A stretch of 64,000 nucleotides of DNA, from contig QMQO01000003.1 in assembly GCA_003650545.1 (NCBI GenBank), forward strand, positions 15,103 to 79,102. The letters run 5' to 3'. The notes under the pieces are model-generated. The model saw only the letters and a program-made list of their open reading frames with translations. It had not been told where the DNA came from and did not search any database. The DNA is from Candidatus Woesearchaeota archaeon (GTDB lineage Archaea; Nanobdellota; Nanobdellia; Woesearchaeales; B72-G16). The position numbers and the translations under genes were made by a program. This document shows positions 63,944 through 64,000 of the stretch, piece by piece. Every line of letters begins with the position of its first letter. Within the stretch, counting starts at the first letter, position 1.

Positions 63944-64000
63944 ATGTTTCTTGAATAAAAACGGAAAAAACTATAAATTTTTCGGTTTTTGGTGAATTTT

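Overview
This is an AT-rich, gene-dense archaeal chromosomal segment. The archaeal assignment rests on family-B DNA polymerase, ribosomal protein L10e/uL16, a short archaeal-type triosephosphate isomerase, stand-alone Bud32, tRNA-guanine transglycosylase, eukaryote/archaeal-type GlyRS, TrmB and Lrp/AsnC regulators, class-III-signal pilin-like genes, a FlaI/FlaJ-like ATPase plus platform pair, and an intron-containing tRNA. The many small orphan membrane proteins and the sparse metabolism suggest a small-genome (DPANN-like) lineage, but that is inference only. GAGGTG-like Shine-Dalgarno motifs precede many start codons and were used to refine starts. No rRNA, no CRISPR array and no intact transposase or integrase is visible.

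Most notable observations:
1. A tRNA-Phe(GAA) gene of 207 bp is interrupted three times, in the anticodon loop, the variable region and the T-loop.
2. A roughly 3 kb accessory island (25.2-28.3 kb) carries AT-rich cassettes: a JAB/MPN protein, an RHH-RelE toxin-antitoxin pair, and a membrane protein plus a restriction-modification specificity-domain fragment. The cassettes are separated by anomalously GC-rich, mosaic, repeat-sharing spacers. These include a perfect 41-bp direct repeat, GCGATCGC-centred palindromes, in-frame inverted repeats bracketing an 0.88 kb segment, and a 118-nt Y-shaped multi-helix element.
3. Three decayed genes are present: a B12-radical-SAM gene broken by a 25-bp tandem duplication, a Dph2 N-terminal stub, and a restriction-modification fragment.
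4. Several unexpected homologs appear: an RmtB/ArmA-type 16S rRNA methyltransferase, a PLP-fold enzyme lacking the Schiff-base lysine, an HPF/RaiA-like protein, and a caspase/CHAT-like protein preceded by three perfect 24-bp palindrome-containing repeats.
5. An uncharacterised three-gene operon encodes a methyltransferase, an LDH/MDH-like protein and an orphan.

All functional calls rest on motif recognition by eye. No database search was run.
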